A stretch of DNA of 64,000 bases. Origin: Rickettsiales bacterium. Lineage in GTDB: Bacteria > Pseudomonadota > Alphaproteobacteria > Methylaequorales > Methylaequoraceae. A program made the translations under genes and the position numbers. The stretch's first letter is position 1; each line of letters opens with the position of its first letter. The notes under the pieces were generated by a model. The model saw nothing but the letters and a program-made list of their open reading frames with translations. It had not been told where the DNA came from and made no database searches. Location of the stretch: the NCBI GenBank assembly GCA_002691145.1, contig NZHE01000006.1, positions 2,564 to 66,563 on the forward strand, given 5' to 3'. Below are positions 20,095 to 30,242 of the stretch, one piece after another.

Positions 20095-20816
20095 TATTTT
20101 AATAATTCTATCGCTTTTTTTACCGAAATAAGGTTCTCATAAATTGCTTTTCCAGCAATTACACCCTCCAAACGTTCATTCTCTATCTTTTTCAACTTCT
20201 CAAGATCTTCATAAGATGTAACTCCACCAGAAGCAATGACATTGACTGAAGTCTCTTTTAAAATCTCATTAATCTTTTTAAGGTTCATACCTTTTAAAAC
20301 CCCATCTCTATTAATGTCTGTACTTACAATTCTTTTTACTCCGAGTTTTTCTAATTGTTTTATAAACGTTACATCTTTTGTTGTGCTTGTAGTTTTCCAT
20401 CCCTCGGTTGCAACCATTCCATCTTTTGAATCTACACCGATAGTTATTCTATCAGAGTATTTCTCACAAACTAATCGAACAAAATCTGGATCTTTTAACG
20501 CGACTGTACCTAAAATTATTCTATCAATTGAATGTGATATTAAATTTTCCACAGTTTTAAGATTTCGAATTCCTCCTCCTAACTGAATTCTACACTTAGC
20601 ATATTTCTTGATTTTAAAGATCGATTCATAATTTTTTGGTGCCCCTGTAAAAGCTGCGTCAATGTCAACTACATGTATCCATTCACACCCTAGAGACTTA
20701 AATAGAATTGCTTGCTCAATTGGATCCTCATTATAAACCTTAAGATTACTTAGTAAGCCCCGCTGCAATCTTACACATTTACCTTCCTGAATATCAATTG
20801 CCGGAAAAAATATCAT
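20094..20816 (-). CDS. hisA: ProFAR isomerase HisA
   Basis: [27 protein letters not shown]. The ATG at 20816 overlaps the hisH stop (TAATG). Confidence 0.95.
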   Translation of the reverse strand: MIFFPAIDIQEGKCVRLQRGLLSNLKVYNEDPIEQAILFKSLGCEWIHVVDIDAAFTGAPKNYESIFKIKKYAKCRIQLGGGIRNLKTVENLISHSIDRIILGTVALKDPDFVRLVCEKYSDRITIGVDSKDGMVATEGWKTTSTTKDVTFIKQLEKLGVKRIVSTDINRDGVLKGMNLKKINEILKETSVNVIASGGVTSYEDLEKLKKIENERLEGVIAGKAIYENLISVKKAIELLK

Positions 20817-21490
20817 TATTTTCCATCCCATAGAATGAAATCAGTCAAAAAATTTTGACCAAAATTCTGACTTTTTTCAGGATGAAATTGCGTTCCAATG
20901 ATATTTTTTTTTCCTACCATTGCTGTAATTTCTTGACCGTAGTCTGTTACTAAAATTTTATTTTCTGGAAGCTTGACATCAAAACCATAGCTATGAACAA
21001 AGTATGCGTTAGAATTATCATCTAAATATTCATTTTGATTATTTTCCTTAATGAAATTTAAAAATGGGTGTTTAGAAACTTTTTTGAGATTATTCCATCC
21101 GATGTGAGGAATCTTCAAATAATCATTTTTAGAGTCTAGAATATCAACTTTACCTTGAATCCAACCTAGTCCATCTGCTTCACCGTCCTCAAATCCTTTA
21201 TTTGCTAGCAATTGCATACCAACGCAAATACCTAAAAAAGGTTTCATTTTAATATTTACACTTTCGTTCAAAACACTTAATAAACCTGGTCTCTCCTTTA
21301 ACCCAGACAAACATGCTTTAAATGAGCCCACTCCAGGGAGAATTATGTGAGAAGAAGCTTTAATTACATTTAATTCGTCAGAAACAGTAACTCTTTTATT
21401 TACTTTCTTTTCGCTTATAGCTGAATTAAGTGAATTAAATACTGATCTAACGTTACCTGTCCCATAATCTATTATGACAACATCACTCAT
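20816..21490 (-). CDS. hisH: imidazole glycerol phosphate synthase glutaminase subunit
   Basis: Class-I amidotransferase triad context: PGVGSF, GICVGMQLL, FHPEKS. Confidence 0.96.
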   Translation of the reverse strand: MSDVVIIDYGTGNVRSVFNSLNSAISEKKVNKRVTVSDELNVIKASSHIILPGVGSFKACLSGLKERPGLLSVLNESVNIKMKPFLGICVGMQLLANKGFEDGEADGLGWIQGKVDILDSKNDYLKIPHIGWNNLKKVSKHPFLNFIKENNQNEYLDDNSNAYFVHSYGFDVKLPENKILVTDYGQEITAMVGKKNIIGTQFHPEKSQNFGQNFLTDFILWDGK

Positions 21491-21491
21491 T

Positions 21492-21866
21492 TTATTTTTC
21501 TGATAAATAGACTAGGAGAACACTTTTTTGCGAATCAGAAAAAATTAATTTAGTTGGTGTCATTTTCTCTTCTTCAATTAATTTTGTAATTAAAATGTCA
21601 TTTCCAAAAAGTCCCCAAAATAAAGACATTAAAATGATACAACTCAAAAAAACAGAATAAATTATAAGATTTAAAGTGTAGAAATAAAAAAGTACCAGTA
21701 ATATAAATATTGTTAAAAATGATTTACTATTTAAGCCATACGAAAAACTCCAAATAAAGGTAAAAAAGAACGCATAGAGGTTAAACCCAATTTTTAAAAT
21801 TTCAATATCTTCTTGTACAGACTTTACTAACATTTTCTTTTTTTTTAAAATACAAAAGAGTGGCAT
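21492..21866 (-). CDS. DUF2628-like small membrane protein embedded in the his cluster
   Basis: 124 aa with 2-3 TM segments. Its position between hisB and hisH is recurrent in alphaproteobacteria, from memory. Confidence 0.55.
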   Translation of the reverse strand: MPLFCILKKKKMLVKSVQEDIEILKIGFNLYAFFFTFIWSFSYGLNSKSFLTIFILLVLFYFYTLNLIIYSVFLSCIILMSLFWGLFGNDILITKLIEEEKMTPTKLIFSDSQKSVLLVYLSEK

Positions 21867-22466
21867 TTATAATGAACCTCCTAAAGTGCCTTTAGTCGAG
21901 GGAATCTGATTTTTTCTTTTCGAATCAATTCCAACTGCTTGTCTTATTGCACGTGCTAATCCTTTGAAACAAGATTCAACAATATGATGCGAATTTTCTC
22001 CATATAAATTTTCTATGTGAAGAGTAATACCCGCAGTTTGGGCAAAAGCCTGAAACCACTCTTTGAAAAGCTCTGTGTCCATCTCTCCTACTTTAGCTTT
22101 TGGAATTTTTACGTTCCAAACCAAATATGGTCTATTTGAAAAGTCAACAACTATTCTTGACAATGTTTCATCCATAGCTGATAGTGCCTGGCCAAATCTT
22201 GTAATTCCTTTACGATTATTTAAAGCTTTATCAAATGCTTCTCCGAGAGCAAGAGCCGAATCCTCAGTTGTATGATGATAGTCAATATGTAGATCACCAA
22301 CAGCATGCAACTTGATGTCAACCATACTGTGTTTTGACAGTTGATCAATCATGTGATCCAAAAAACCAATGCCTGTTTTTACATCAGACTTTCCACTGCC
22401 ATCAATTTTAATCTCAGCAAAAATTTCGGTTTCTTTTGTCTTTCTTTTTACAGTTGATTTCCTCAT
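21867..22466 (-). CDS. hisB: imidazoleglycerol-phosphate dehydratase
   Basis: [28 protein letters not shown] motifs. Confidence 0.96.
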   Translation of the reverse strand: MRKSTVKRKTKETEIFAEIKIDGSGKSDVKTGIGFLDHMIDQLSKHSMVDIKLHAVGDLHIDYHHTTEDSALALGEAFDKALNNRKGITRFGQALSAMDETLSRIVVDFSNRPYLVWNVKIPKAKVGEMDTELFKEWFQAFAQTAGITLHIENLYGENSHHIVESCFKGLARAIRQAVGIDSKRKNQIPSTKGTLGGSL

Positions 22467-22564
22467 AATTTTTATTTTTGATAAATTATATTTTATGTAT
22501 ACATTATTACCATAAAATCATATAAATTTTCTATGCAAAACAACTTTTCTTATATTTTTTGTCT

Positions 22565-23119
22565 ATGAGTGAAAAAATAAATTTTAACTGGCGAGGAACA
22601 ACTGTAGTATCTGTTAGAAAAAATAATGAGGTTGTTGTTGCTGCAGATGGTCAAGTTACCTTAGGTGATGCTGTAATGAAAGCAAATGCAAAAAAAGTAA
22701 GATTACTATGCGAGGGCAAGGTTTTAACAGGATTCGCAGGTGCTACTGCAGACGCATTTGCTTTGTTTGAAAGATTAGAAAGTAAATTGGAAAAGTCACC
22801 AAATAATCTAATGAGAGCATGCGTCGAATTAGCAAAAGATTGGAGAACAGACAGATATCTAAGACGCCTAGAGGCGATGATGTTAGTAGCCGACAAAGAA
22901 TCAAGTTTAGTATTAAGTGGAAATGGAGACGTTTTAGAACCAAAAGATGGTCTTATGTCAATAGGTTCTGGAGGTAATTATGCTCTTGCAGCGGCAAGAG
23001 CACTTATTGATAATTCAAAATTGAGTGCTGAGGAGATTGCAAAAAAAAGTCTTGAAATTGCTGCTGATCTATGTATTTACACAAATAACAACATTATAAT
23101 AGAGAAGATTAAAGCTTAA
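22565..23119 (+). CDS. hslV: ATP-dependent protease subunit HslV
   Basis: WRGTTVVSV (N-terminal Thr nucleophile after a short alpha-type propeptide) and [14 protein letters not shown]. Confidence 0.95.
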   Translation: MSEKINFNWRGTTVVSVRKNNEVVVAADGQVTLGDAVMKANAKKVRLLCEGKVLTGFAGATADAFALFERLESKLEKSPNNLMRACVELAKDWRTDRYLRRLEAMMLVADKESSLVLSGNGDVLEPKDGLMSIGSGGNYALAAARALIDNSKLSAEEIAKKSLEIAADLCIYTNNNIIIEKIKA

Positions 23120-23121
23120 TT

Positions 23122-24433
23122 ATGACATCCTTTACACCAAAAGAAATTGTATCTGAACTTGACAGATTTATTGTTGGACAAAAAGACGCAAAAAAATCTG
23201 TTGCAGTAGCCTTACGAAACAGATGGAGAAGAAAACAAATTAAAGGTAGTTTGAAAGATGAAGTGCTACCGAAAAATATTCTTATGATTGGACCAACAGG
23301 AGTAGGTAAAACTGAAATTGCAAGAAGATTGGCAAAACTAGCACAAGCTCCATTCATAAAGGTTGAAGCAACAAAATTTACCGAAGTTGGTTATGTAGGA
23401 AGAGATGTTGAGCAGATTATTAGAGATTTATTAGAAATTTCAATTTCCATGAACAAAGAGTTATTTAAAAAAGAAATACAAGCAAAAGCTGAAATAAACG
23501 CTGAAAAAAGGGTAATTGCTGCACTTGTTGGACCTACATCTACTAAACAAACTAAAGAAAAGTTCAAGAAAATGCTAAGAGATGGGGAACTTGATGAACA
23601 AGAGGTTGAGATAGAATTAGAAGCAAAATCAAATTCCGCAATTAAATCAATGGAAATCCCAGGAATGCCTGGAGGAATGATGGGCATGCTTAATCTAGGT
23701 GATATTATAGGTAAAGGAATTGGGCAAAAAAAAGAAAAAAAAAAAGCTGCAAGTTAAGGATTCATATCAGTTCCTAATAGAAGAAGAATCAGACAAACTT
23801 ATAGATGATGAAAATCTTATCAAAAGAGCCATTAAGAGTCTTGAGAATGACGGAATTGTATTCTTGGATGAGATTGACAAAATATGCGGGAAAAATTCCA
23901 GAGGAACTGCCGAAGTAAGCAGAGAGGGCGTTCAGAGAGACCTGCTTCCGTTGATAGAGGGCACTTCTGTTTCAACAAAGTATGGAAGTGTTAAAACAGA
24001 CCACGTCCTTTTTATAGCTTCAGGAGCTTTTCATGTTGCTAAACCCTCAGATCTACTTCCAGAACTTCAAGGAAGACTTCCTAACAGAGTTGAATTATCT
24101 GCGTTAGACAAAGAAGACTTCATTTTAATTTTAAAGGAACCTGAGAATAATCTAATTAGGCAATATATTGAATTAATCGAAACTGAAGGAGTAAAACTAA
24201 GTTTTTCTGAAACAGCAATATCTGAAATAGCTGAGATAGCAACGAAAGTAAATGAAGAAATTGAAAATATTGGTGCAAGAAGATTACATACAATTCTTGA
24301 AAAAGTATTAGAGGAAATAAGCTTCACAGCATCTGATGGTAAAAACAACGAAATCAATGTTGATAAAGAATATGTAAAGAAGCAGCTTAAAGATGTATAT
24401 GTTGATAACGACGTTAGTAAATTTATTCTCTAA
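23122..24433 (+). pseudogene. hslU: hslU (ATPase/unfoldase of the HslUV protease) interrupted by a +1 frameshift in a poly-A tract. This is a true pseudogene, an assembly error, or slippage-rescued
   Basis: ORF 23122..23757 carries Walker [16 protein letters not shown] and most of the I-domain. ORF 23720..24433 (+1 frame, TTG start only) carries Walker [11 protein letters not shown] and the C-terminal tail DVSKFIL. The frames switch inside A8-G-A11 at 23726-23745. Deleting one A gives a single 436-aa HslU. Confidence 0.85.
23726..23745 (+). repeat. A8-G-A11 homopolymer tract at the hslU frameshift
   Basis: Read directly: ggc aaaaaaaa g aaaaaaaaaaa gctgcaagttaa. Confidence 0.95.
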
Positions 24434-24941
24434 ATTTTTTTAAATAAACTAGAAAAGCACCGCTTCCTCCCATATTCGGGGGTGCCGTTTCAAACCAAAG
24501 TATGTGACTTTTAAGTTCTCTAGAGCTTAGCCATTTTGGCATTGACTCGTTTAAAATTCCAGTCCCTTTCCAACCAAACTGAACATCCATTCTTTTTCCT
24601 TTTCCAGTAATAATTAAAATGAGTCTTCTTTTTAAGTTAAAGTTTTTAATAACAAAATAGTAGGTGCTTTTTTCAGCCTCAATATATTTCTTTCCATGTA
24701 AATCTAAAGTGCTTTCAGGTTTTATAATTCCTTTTTTTATTTTTTTGAAAAGAATCTTATCAATATGCATTTTTTCTGTGGAGAAACCATCTGAAAATCC
24801 TAAAAAATCTGATGAGGTTTGTTCAGCAACTTCTTTGGAAAAACTAACATTCACTTTTTCTTTTTTCTCGAAAAAAATAGATGAATTTTTTAGAGGCTTT
24901 ACATTTTTTTTAAATTTTTCCCAATCATTTGAATCATTCAT
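24423..24941 (-). CDS. Smr-domain protein
   Basis: C-terminal Smr domain [12 protein letters not shown]...[11 protein letters not shown]...[10 protein letters not shown]. Confidence 0.85.
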   Translation of the reverse strand: MNDSNDWEKFKKNVKPLKNSSIFFEKKEKVNVSFSKEVAEQTSSDFLGFSDGFSTEKMHIDKILFKKIKKGIIKPESTLDLHGKKYIEAEKSTYYFVIKNFNLKRRLILIITGKGKRMDVQFGWKGTGILNESMPKWLSSRELKSHILWFETAPPNMGGSGAFLVYLKKFRE

Positions 24942-24944
24942 TAG

Positions 24945-25958
24945 TTAATTATAGGGAACAAGTAATATTAGTTGAAGTTTTTTTTTTAGATCACCAGCTA
25001 GATCCTCAGCATTTTTCCCGATCCCAAAGTATAAGTCTGCTCTGTTTTTTCCCTTAATCGCTTTACCCGTATCGTGAAAAAAAAATAGATTATTGTATTC
25101 AAAGTTTTTAATAGAAAACATTGCAACTAAACCATAAGGATAAAAGGTAGTGTCAATTGCTATACTATGATATTCATACAATCTAGTCCCCATAGCCCCT
25201 TTAGGATTTTGAATAAGTGAACTACCTTTTTTAAAAAAAATAAATCTTTCATTTAGATTAAAAATTTCATCTATCCTGCTTGGATTTTTCCATAACCATG
25301 CTTTTATTGCGTCGAGAGACATATTTTCTGATTTAATTGCTTTGATTTTTAAGAGTTCTTTGCCAATTGAATAATAATCAAATCCGTTGTTACCGCCGTA
25401 TTCAATATTAATTCTCTTACCATCTTCAAAGATACCTACACCTGAACCTTGAATTTGCATAAAAAAAAGATTTACTTTATTATTTGTCCACAATATTACG
25501 TCTTCTTGAGAATAAACTTGCAAAATCTTTTTTCTCTCAAGTGCAAGATTTTTATTATACTTTAATATGGGGTATTTATATTCATCACTAAAATCTTCAG
25601 AAACCTCAATTACTGGAGCGTAATAACCAGTAAGGATCCCATAACTCCCAATATTTTTTTTTAGATAAAAGTTTTCTTTTAAAAAATTATAAGTTATTTC
25701 ATTTTCATTTCTTATTTTTTGACAAATTTTTTTCCACGATCTCACCGTTCCAAATCTAGGATAAGAGTTATGTTTTTTTAAGTTTCTAAAAAAATCTTTA
25801 TCATCGCATGATTTCATAAAAATATCCTTATATTTATTTCTATTAAAATCTATACTTTTTAGATATATTGGCTCAGATTTCAGATCTTCTCCAAAAAGGG
25901 AAAACAAGCAGTAAGAAATTGTAATAATAATTTTTCTCAAAAGAAAAACTTTAAACAT
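24945..25958 (-). CDS. mltA: membrane-bound lytic murein transglycosylase A
   Basis: MltA-specific domain plus 3D domain (SIAIDTTFYPYG...FFHDTGKAIKGKNRADLYFG). N-terminal signal peptide. Confidence 0.88.
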   Translation of the reverse strand: MFKVFLLRKIIITISYCLFSLFGEDLKSEPIYLKSIDFNRNKYKDIFMKSCDDKDFFRNLKKHNSYPRFGTVRSWKKICQKIRNENEITYNFLKENFYLKKNIGSYGILTGYYAPVIEVSEDFSDEYKYPILKYNKNLALERKKILQVYSQEDVILWTNNKVNLFFMQIQGSGVGIFEDGKRINIEYGGNNGFDYYSIGKELLKIKAIKSENMSLDAIKAWLWKNPSRIDEIFNLNERFIFFKKGSSLIQNPKGAMGTRLYEYHSIAIDTTFYPYGLVAMFSIKNFEYNNLFFFHDTGKAIKGKNRADLYFGIGKNAEDLAGDLKKKLQLILLVPYN

Positions 25959-25969
25959 AAAATAGATTA

Positions 25970-26644
25970 TTAATTAGCTTCAGATATGTTTATTAGAGTC
26001 CAGATTGGACTTTTAGAATTTAGTTTCTTCGTAAATGACCATTTTTCAATTATATTCAATATTTGATTATTGTCGCCATCAACAATTTCCTCGTCTTTAT
26101 TCGTTGTAACATGGATTTGCTCACTTTCATAAAGAATATCTATGAAACAAATTTCATTTTTATCAACCTTTACAGTTAAAATTTTAGGGTCCTGGACACC
26201 TATAATCGTAATTTTTAAATCTTCCTTCTTTTTAATTCTTTCTTTTACATATTTACTATATTCATTAAAAATTTTATCATCTAATAAATTTTTGAGTGCT
26301 TTTAAATTGTTAGAAGAGTATGCATTTAAAATGAACTCAAAAGCTTTTCTTGAATTTTCTATAAAATCTTTTAGTTCAAAATTTTCATCAATTTTTCTTA
26401 TTTTCAAGAGTCCTTTGTTAATTTCTGGGTTTTCGTGTAAGATCGACTGAGAATCACGCGATTTTTTATTAACTTCCTCCTTATCGGGCCTTGACTCTCG
26501 CACATTTGTTTTTTGGGCTTTTAAATTTCTCACGATTTCTTCTTCATTTCCTGTTTTTTTTCCAAGAACATTTCTTAGTCTATTTAGGATAAAAACCGCT
26601 ATCATCGCTAAAATTAAAATATCTACATATGGTATGTTGCCCAT
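25970..26644 (-). CDS. Tim44-like domain protein
   Basis: N-terminal TM segment, charged linker, C-terminal Tim44-like domain. Conserved position divergent from secB in alphaproteobacteria. Confidence 0.8.
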   Translation of the reverse strand: MGNIPYVDILILAMIAVFILNRLRNVLGKKTGNEEEIVRNLKAQKTNVRESRPDKEEVNKKSRDSQSILHENPEINKGLLKIRKIDENFELKDFIENSRKAFEFILNAYSSNNLKALKNLLDDKIFNEYSKYVKERIKKKEDLKITIIGVQDPKILTVKVDKNEICFIDILYESEQIHVTTNKDEEIVDGDNNQILNIIEKWSFTKKLNSKSPIWTLINISEAN

Positions 26645-26745
26645 TTATATCTCCTATAATATTATATTACTGTTTTTTCACAATATAGAATACAAAATCA
26701 GATTTTTATAATATATTGTATTTTTTAAAAAATAGGAAAGCTTTT

Positions 26746-27210
26746 ATGAAAAATACTGACGAAAAAATTAATGGAAAAGATGAAAAAAACTTTCAATTCA
26801 TTATTAATGCACAATACTTGAAAGATCTCTCTTTTGAGAATCCTAAAGCACCCCATTCTTTAAAATCATTTAATGAGAAACCTGAAATTAAAATCGATGT
26901 AGACATAAAAACAAAACCATTAAAAGATCATGGCGAAGATATTCATGAGGTTGATTTAATGATAAAAGGAATTACTAGTGTTAAAGGTGAAAATATGTTT
27001 ATAGTCGAGGCAATTTACTCAGGTATATTCACAATCAGTAATGCACCAAAGGATATGTTGGAAAAAATACTATTAATTGAGTGCCCTAAATTTTTATTTC
27101 CATTTTTAAGAGCAATAATTGCCTCCTCAACCAGAGATGGAGGATTTCCACCATTAATGATTACTCCTATTGATTTCGTAGGATTGTTTGAAAGTAAGCA
27201 GAAACAATAA
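26746..27210 (+). CDS. secB: protein-export chaperone SecB
   Basis: FIINAQYLKDLSFENP...PFLRAIIASSTRDGGFPPLMITPIDF. ATG at 26746 preceded by AGGAAAG. Confidence 0.93.
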   Translation: MKNTDEKINGKDEKNFQFIINAQYLKDLSFENPKAPHSLKSFNEKPEIKIDVDIKTKPLKDHGEDIHEVDLMIKGITSVKGENMFIVEAIYSGIFTISNAPKDMLEKILLIECPKFLFPFLRAIIASSTRDGGFPPLMITPIDFVGLFESKQKQ

Positions 27211-27891
27211 TTATTTATTTAACCATATAGCTTTTTTTATTTTCCTCAAACTTTTGCTGTGGAGTTCTAATTCGTAATCTTGCAATTCTATTTTTTTTGT
27301 ATTTTTAATTTCAACATTCTTAGACTGTTTTAAATAATTTTTTTCTTTATGATTATCTGGCTTAAATGATAATTTATGTTGTTTTCCACCGATTAATTCT
27401 AAATAAACTTGCGCTAATAAAAAACAATCTGTAATCGCATCATGTTTTATTCTATTTCCAATGCTAATACCAAACCTCTTACATAGGGCATTTAAATTGA
27501 CTTTTGTTCCAGGAAATTTTTTCCTAGCCATTAATAGTGTGCAAAAAACCTGTGACTCATTAATCAATGTTCTTTTACTATTCTTTAATTCATTATTTAT
27601 CATTGTTAAATCAAATGCAGCGTTATGAATAATAATTAAGGAATCTGCTACAAAATTTAAAATTTCGTCAGCTTTTCCTTCAAAATAGTCAAAATCTTTT
27701 AAGAATTTATTTGATAGTCCGTGAACTTCCTCAGCCTGTTGACTGATAGCTCGATCTCCAGGATTAAAGTAACTATGAAAAGTCTTTCCTGTAGGTACAT
27801 CATTCAGGATTTCCACACAGCCGACTTCAATAATTTTATCTTTTTCAAAGTCTAGTCCTGTTGTTTCAGTATCTAGTATTATCTTTCTCAT
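27211..27891 (-). CDS. dnaQ: DNA polymerase III epsilon subunit (3'-5' exonuclease)
   Basis: Exo motifs IILDTETTGL, HNAAFD, HDAITD. Confidence 0.93.
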   Translation of the reverse strand: MRKIILDTETTGLDFEKDKIIEVGCVEILNDVPTGKTFHSYFNPGDRAISQQAEEVHGLSNKFLKDFDYFEGKADEILNFVADSLIIIHNAAFDLTMINNELKNSKRTLINESQVFCTLLMARKKFPGTKVNLNALCKRFGISIGNRIKHDAITDCFLLAQVYLELIGGKQHKLSFKPDNHKEKNYLKQSKNVEIKNTKKIELQDYELELHSKSLRKIKKAIWLNK

Positions 27892-28538
27892 TTAATCTTT
27901 ATATTATAAATAATAGGCCATTTTTTTCTTGTTCTCTTAATTTTTATAATTTCAAAAAAGTGTTTAATTTTTTTAATAACCTCCAGCAAACCTATGCCAG
28001 TATTAATTCTAACTGAAACATACTTTTCAAATTTTAGCTTATTGAAATGCTGCCTATCAATTATTTTTTTGAATATTTTACTATGAACGTTCTTTCTTTT
28101 CAATAATCGTTGATTTTGGATGATTTTATTAACACTTAAGTAAATAATGAAATCACATCTTTGGTAGTTCAAATTTTTGAACAATAATGGCAAATCTAGA
28201 AAAATCATTTTTCTTTTTAACAAAGAGCTTTTTTTAACAAAATTTAATTCCTCTTTATAAATTTGTGGGTGCGTTATTCTTTCTAATTTTTCTAATTCCT
28301 TTTCGTCTGAAAAAACATGTTCCATTAATTTTCTCTTATTTAATTCACCATTTTGTGAAAATAAACCCTTAATTTTATGCTGAAATTCTTTTTTTAAAGA
28401 AAACCTTATGTCTTTTTTTTGTAAAATTTTTTTATTTACTTTATCTGCATCAAAGACTTTATAACCCATTTTTTCAATAATGTTACTCAGTGTCGTTTTG
28501 CCAGATGCTATTTGGCCTGTAATCCCCACAATTATCAT
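27888..28538 (-). CDS. coaE: dephospho-CoA kinase
   Basis: P-loop GITGQIASGKTT. Position between aroE and dnaQ. Confidence 0.9.
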   Translation of the reverse strand: MIIVGITGQIASGKTTLSNIIEKMGYKVFDADKVNKKILQKKDIRFSLKKEFQHKIKGLFSQNGELNKRKLMEHVFSDEKELEKLERITHPQIYKEELNFVKKSSLLKRKMIFLDLPLLFKNLNYQRCDFIIYLSVNKIIQNQRLLKRKNVHSKIFKKIIDRQHFNKLKFEKYVSVRINTGIGLLEVIKKIKHFFEIIKIKRTRKKWPIIYNIKIK

Positions 28539-29374
28539 TCGTTTAGCAATTTGATTAGTTTTTGTTTAGTCAGGTTTAATAATTTTTCATTTATTTCAAC
28601 TCCAAACCACAACTTAAATGATACTGCAGCTTGACGCACTAACATAGAAATTCCATTGAAAGTATTTAAATGTTTAGAATTGGCTTTTTTCAGAAACTCG
28701 GTCTCCAAAGGGTTATAAATAATATCATATATAATCGATGTCTTTCTGAGATTATCAAAGTTTATGTCTATATTTTCACCTTTTTTTAAACCTACAGAAG
28801 TGGTATTCACGACCATGTTGAATTCTTCTGGAATGTACTTATTTTCCCACGAATGTAAATAAATTTTATTAAAACCTATTTTTTTTTTTACATCTTCAAT
28901 TAATAATCTAGCATTTTGCACACTTCTATTTGTCAAAAGTATTTTTCCTATATTTTTTTTACATAATGAAAAAACAATACCGCGTGAAGCTCCCCCAGAT
29001 CCAATGATGAAAAAATTTTTTATTTTCAATCTTCGAGGTAGATCCTTTTCTAAGGTTTTTACAAAGCCAATACCGTCAGTATTCCCCCCAAATATTCTGT
29101 TTTTGTATTTGTAGACTGTGTTCACTGAACCTGAGATATTTGCTGATTCATCAAGCTGATCAATATACTTTAATATAACTGTCTTATAAGGAAGTGTGAT
29201 ATTAAAGCCAATGAGTTCGTCTTTTCTCATTTTTTCAACTAACTCTGGTAAATTGCTCTCTTTTATTTCTAACACATCATAATGAGCGTTAATCTTATGA
29301 AACTTTAACCACATATTATGAATTTGTGGAGACATCGAATGCTTAATTGGGTTGCCTATAACATAAAGTTTCAT
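28535..29374 (-). CDS. aroE: shikimate dehydrogenase
   Basis: VIGNPIKHSMSP, NTDGIGF, GSGGASRG. Confidence 0.93.
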   Translation of the reverse strand: MKLYVIGNPIKHSMSPQIHNMWLKFHKINAHYDVLEIKESNLPELVEKMRKDELIGFNITLPYKTVILKYIDQLDESANISGSVNTVYKYKNRIFGGNTDGIGFVKTLEKDLPRRLKIKNFFIIGSGGASRGIVFSLCKKNIGKILLTNRSVQNARLLIEDVKKKIGFNKIYLHSWENKYIPEEFNMVVNTTSVGLKKGENIDINFDNLRKTSIIYDIIYNPLETEFLKKANSKHLNTFNGISMLVRQAAVSFKLWFGVEINEKLLNLTKQKLIKLLNE

Positions 29375-29970
29375 CGTTTTGCTCTTTTTAAATAGGGTAT
29401 AAAATTTTTTATTGGAAACCCCTTGATCGTCTCATCATCTCCTTTAATAACCGTTAAACATTGTAAAACATCATTTTCTATTTTATAAGCACCAACAGTG
29501 TTCAAATATATTGATTTATTATTTTTTAAATAATTAGTGATCTCGTGTTCCATTAGCTGTTTCATTTTAATAATTGCCTCTCTAACACAACACCAAAGAA
29601 ATTCATTTCCTCTAACGATATATATTGCACTTATTAAAGTATGCTTGTTGTTTTGTAGTAAAAGTAAATTCTTTTTTGCTTCTTCAAAATTTTTAGCTTT
29701 ATTGCAAATATTGTTACCCAGAACTAAGATTTGATCAGATCCTATTATTATTTCCTCTTTCTTTCTTCTTAATGATAATGCTTTTCTTTTTGCCAAGTAT
29801 AAAGCCAAACTTCTTTTTGATAAATATGCATAATCTTTTTTGATTTTTTTTTCATCAATATTATGTTTAATTGAGCTGAACTTTAAATTATAATCTTTTA
29901 AAATTTTTTTTCTTGTTTCACTTTTAGATGCAAGTATAAGTCTTAAAGGTTTTGTGGATAGTTTCTTCAT
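29371..29970 (-). CDS. maf: Maf-family nucleotide pyrophosphatase
   Basis: LILASKSETRKKIL N-terminus, 199 aa. First gene of the maf-aroE-coaE-dnaQ block. Confidence 0.88.
   Translation of the reverse strand: MKKLSTKPLRLILASKSETRKKILKDYNLKFSSIKHNIDEKKIKKDYAYLSKRSLALYLAKRKALSLRRKKEEIIIGSDQILVLGNNICNKAKNFEEAKKNLLLLQNNKHTLISAIYIVRGNEFLWCCVREAIIKMKQLMEHEITNYLKNNKSIYLNTVGAYKIENDVLQCLTVIKGDDETIKGFPIKNFIPYLKRAKR
29953..29961 (-). promoter_or_regulatory. DnaA-box-like 9-mer CTATCCACA (8/9 to TTATCCACA)
   Basis: Plus strand tgtggatag, inside maf codons 4-6. Confidence 0.45.
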
Positions 29971-30019
29971 TTTTTTTTTTAGCTTTATTTGTACAAGTTA
30001 TTATTATTTAATACCAACT

Positions 30020-30028
30020 TTATCCTCA
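30020..30028 (+). promoter_or_regulatory. DnaA-box-like 9-mer TTATCCTCA (8/9)
   Basis: Read directly: aacTTTATCCTCAgg. Confidence 0.45.
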
Positions 30029-30070
30029 GGATTAAATATGTTAATAGTCTTCTCTTGTTTTTTTCTTCTT

Positions 30071-30079
30071 AGTGGATAA
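30071..30079 (-). promoter_or_regulatory. DnaA-box-like 9-mer TTATCCACT (8/9)
   Basis: Plus strand agtggataa. Confidence 0.45.
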
Positions 30080-30174
30080 TTTTTTGGTAACATTATAAAG
30101 CTTATATTTCTGTTACCTCTTACATTTATAAACAATTAGTTAACATGTTTTTATTTTTTTTCTTGTTAGAAAAT

Positions 30175-30183
30175 TGTGGAAAA
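30175..30183 (-). promoter_or_regulatory. DnaA-box-like 9-mer TTTTCCACA (8/9)
   Basis: Plus strand tgtggaaaa. Confidence 0.4.
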
Positions 30184-30209
30184 AATTGTTATCTTCTTTT
30201 ACACAGAAC

Positions 30210-30224
30210 CAACAACAACAACAA
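30210..30224. repeat. (CAA)5 microsatellite
   Basis: caacaacaacaacaa, read directly. Confidence 0.95.
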
Positions 30225-30228
30225 TCTT

Positions 30229-30242
30229 TATATATATATATA
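30229..30242. repeat. (TA)7 microsatellite
   Basis: tatatatatatata, read directly, 13 nt upstream of the hemE ATG. Confidence 0.95.

Noticed and set aside
22549-22555. CTTATAT, which matches the alphaproteobacterial sigma32 -10 pattern CYTATNT, upstream of hslV.
   Set aside because: It lies only 10 nt before the ATG, there is no CTTG at the required -35 distance, and it would leave no room for a leader or RBS.
30032-30044. CtrA-like TTAA...TTAA motif in the candidate origin (TTAAATATGTTAA).
   Set aside because: The spacing is 5 nt, not the 7 nt of the CtrA consensus TTAA-N7-TTAA. TTAA is trivially frequent in AT-rich DNA. I also saw no GANTC sites in the spacer.
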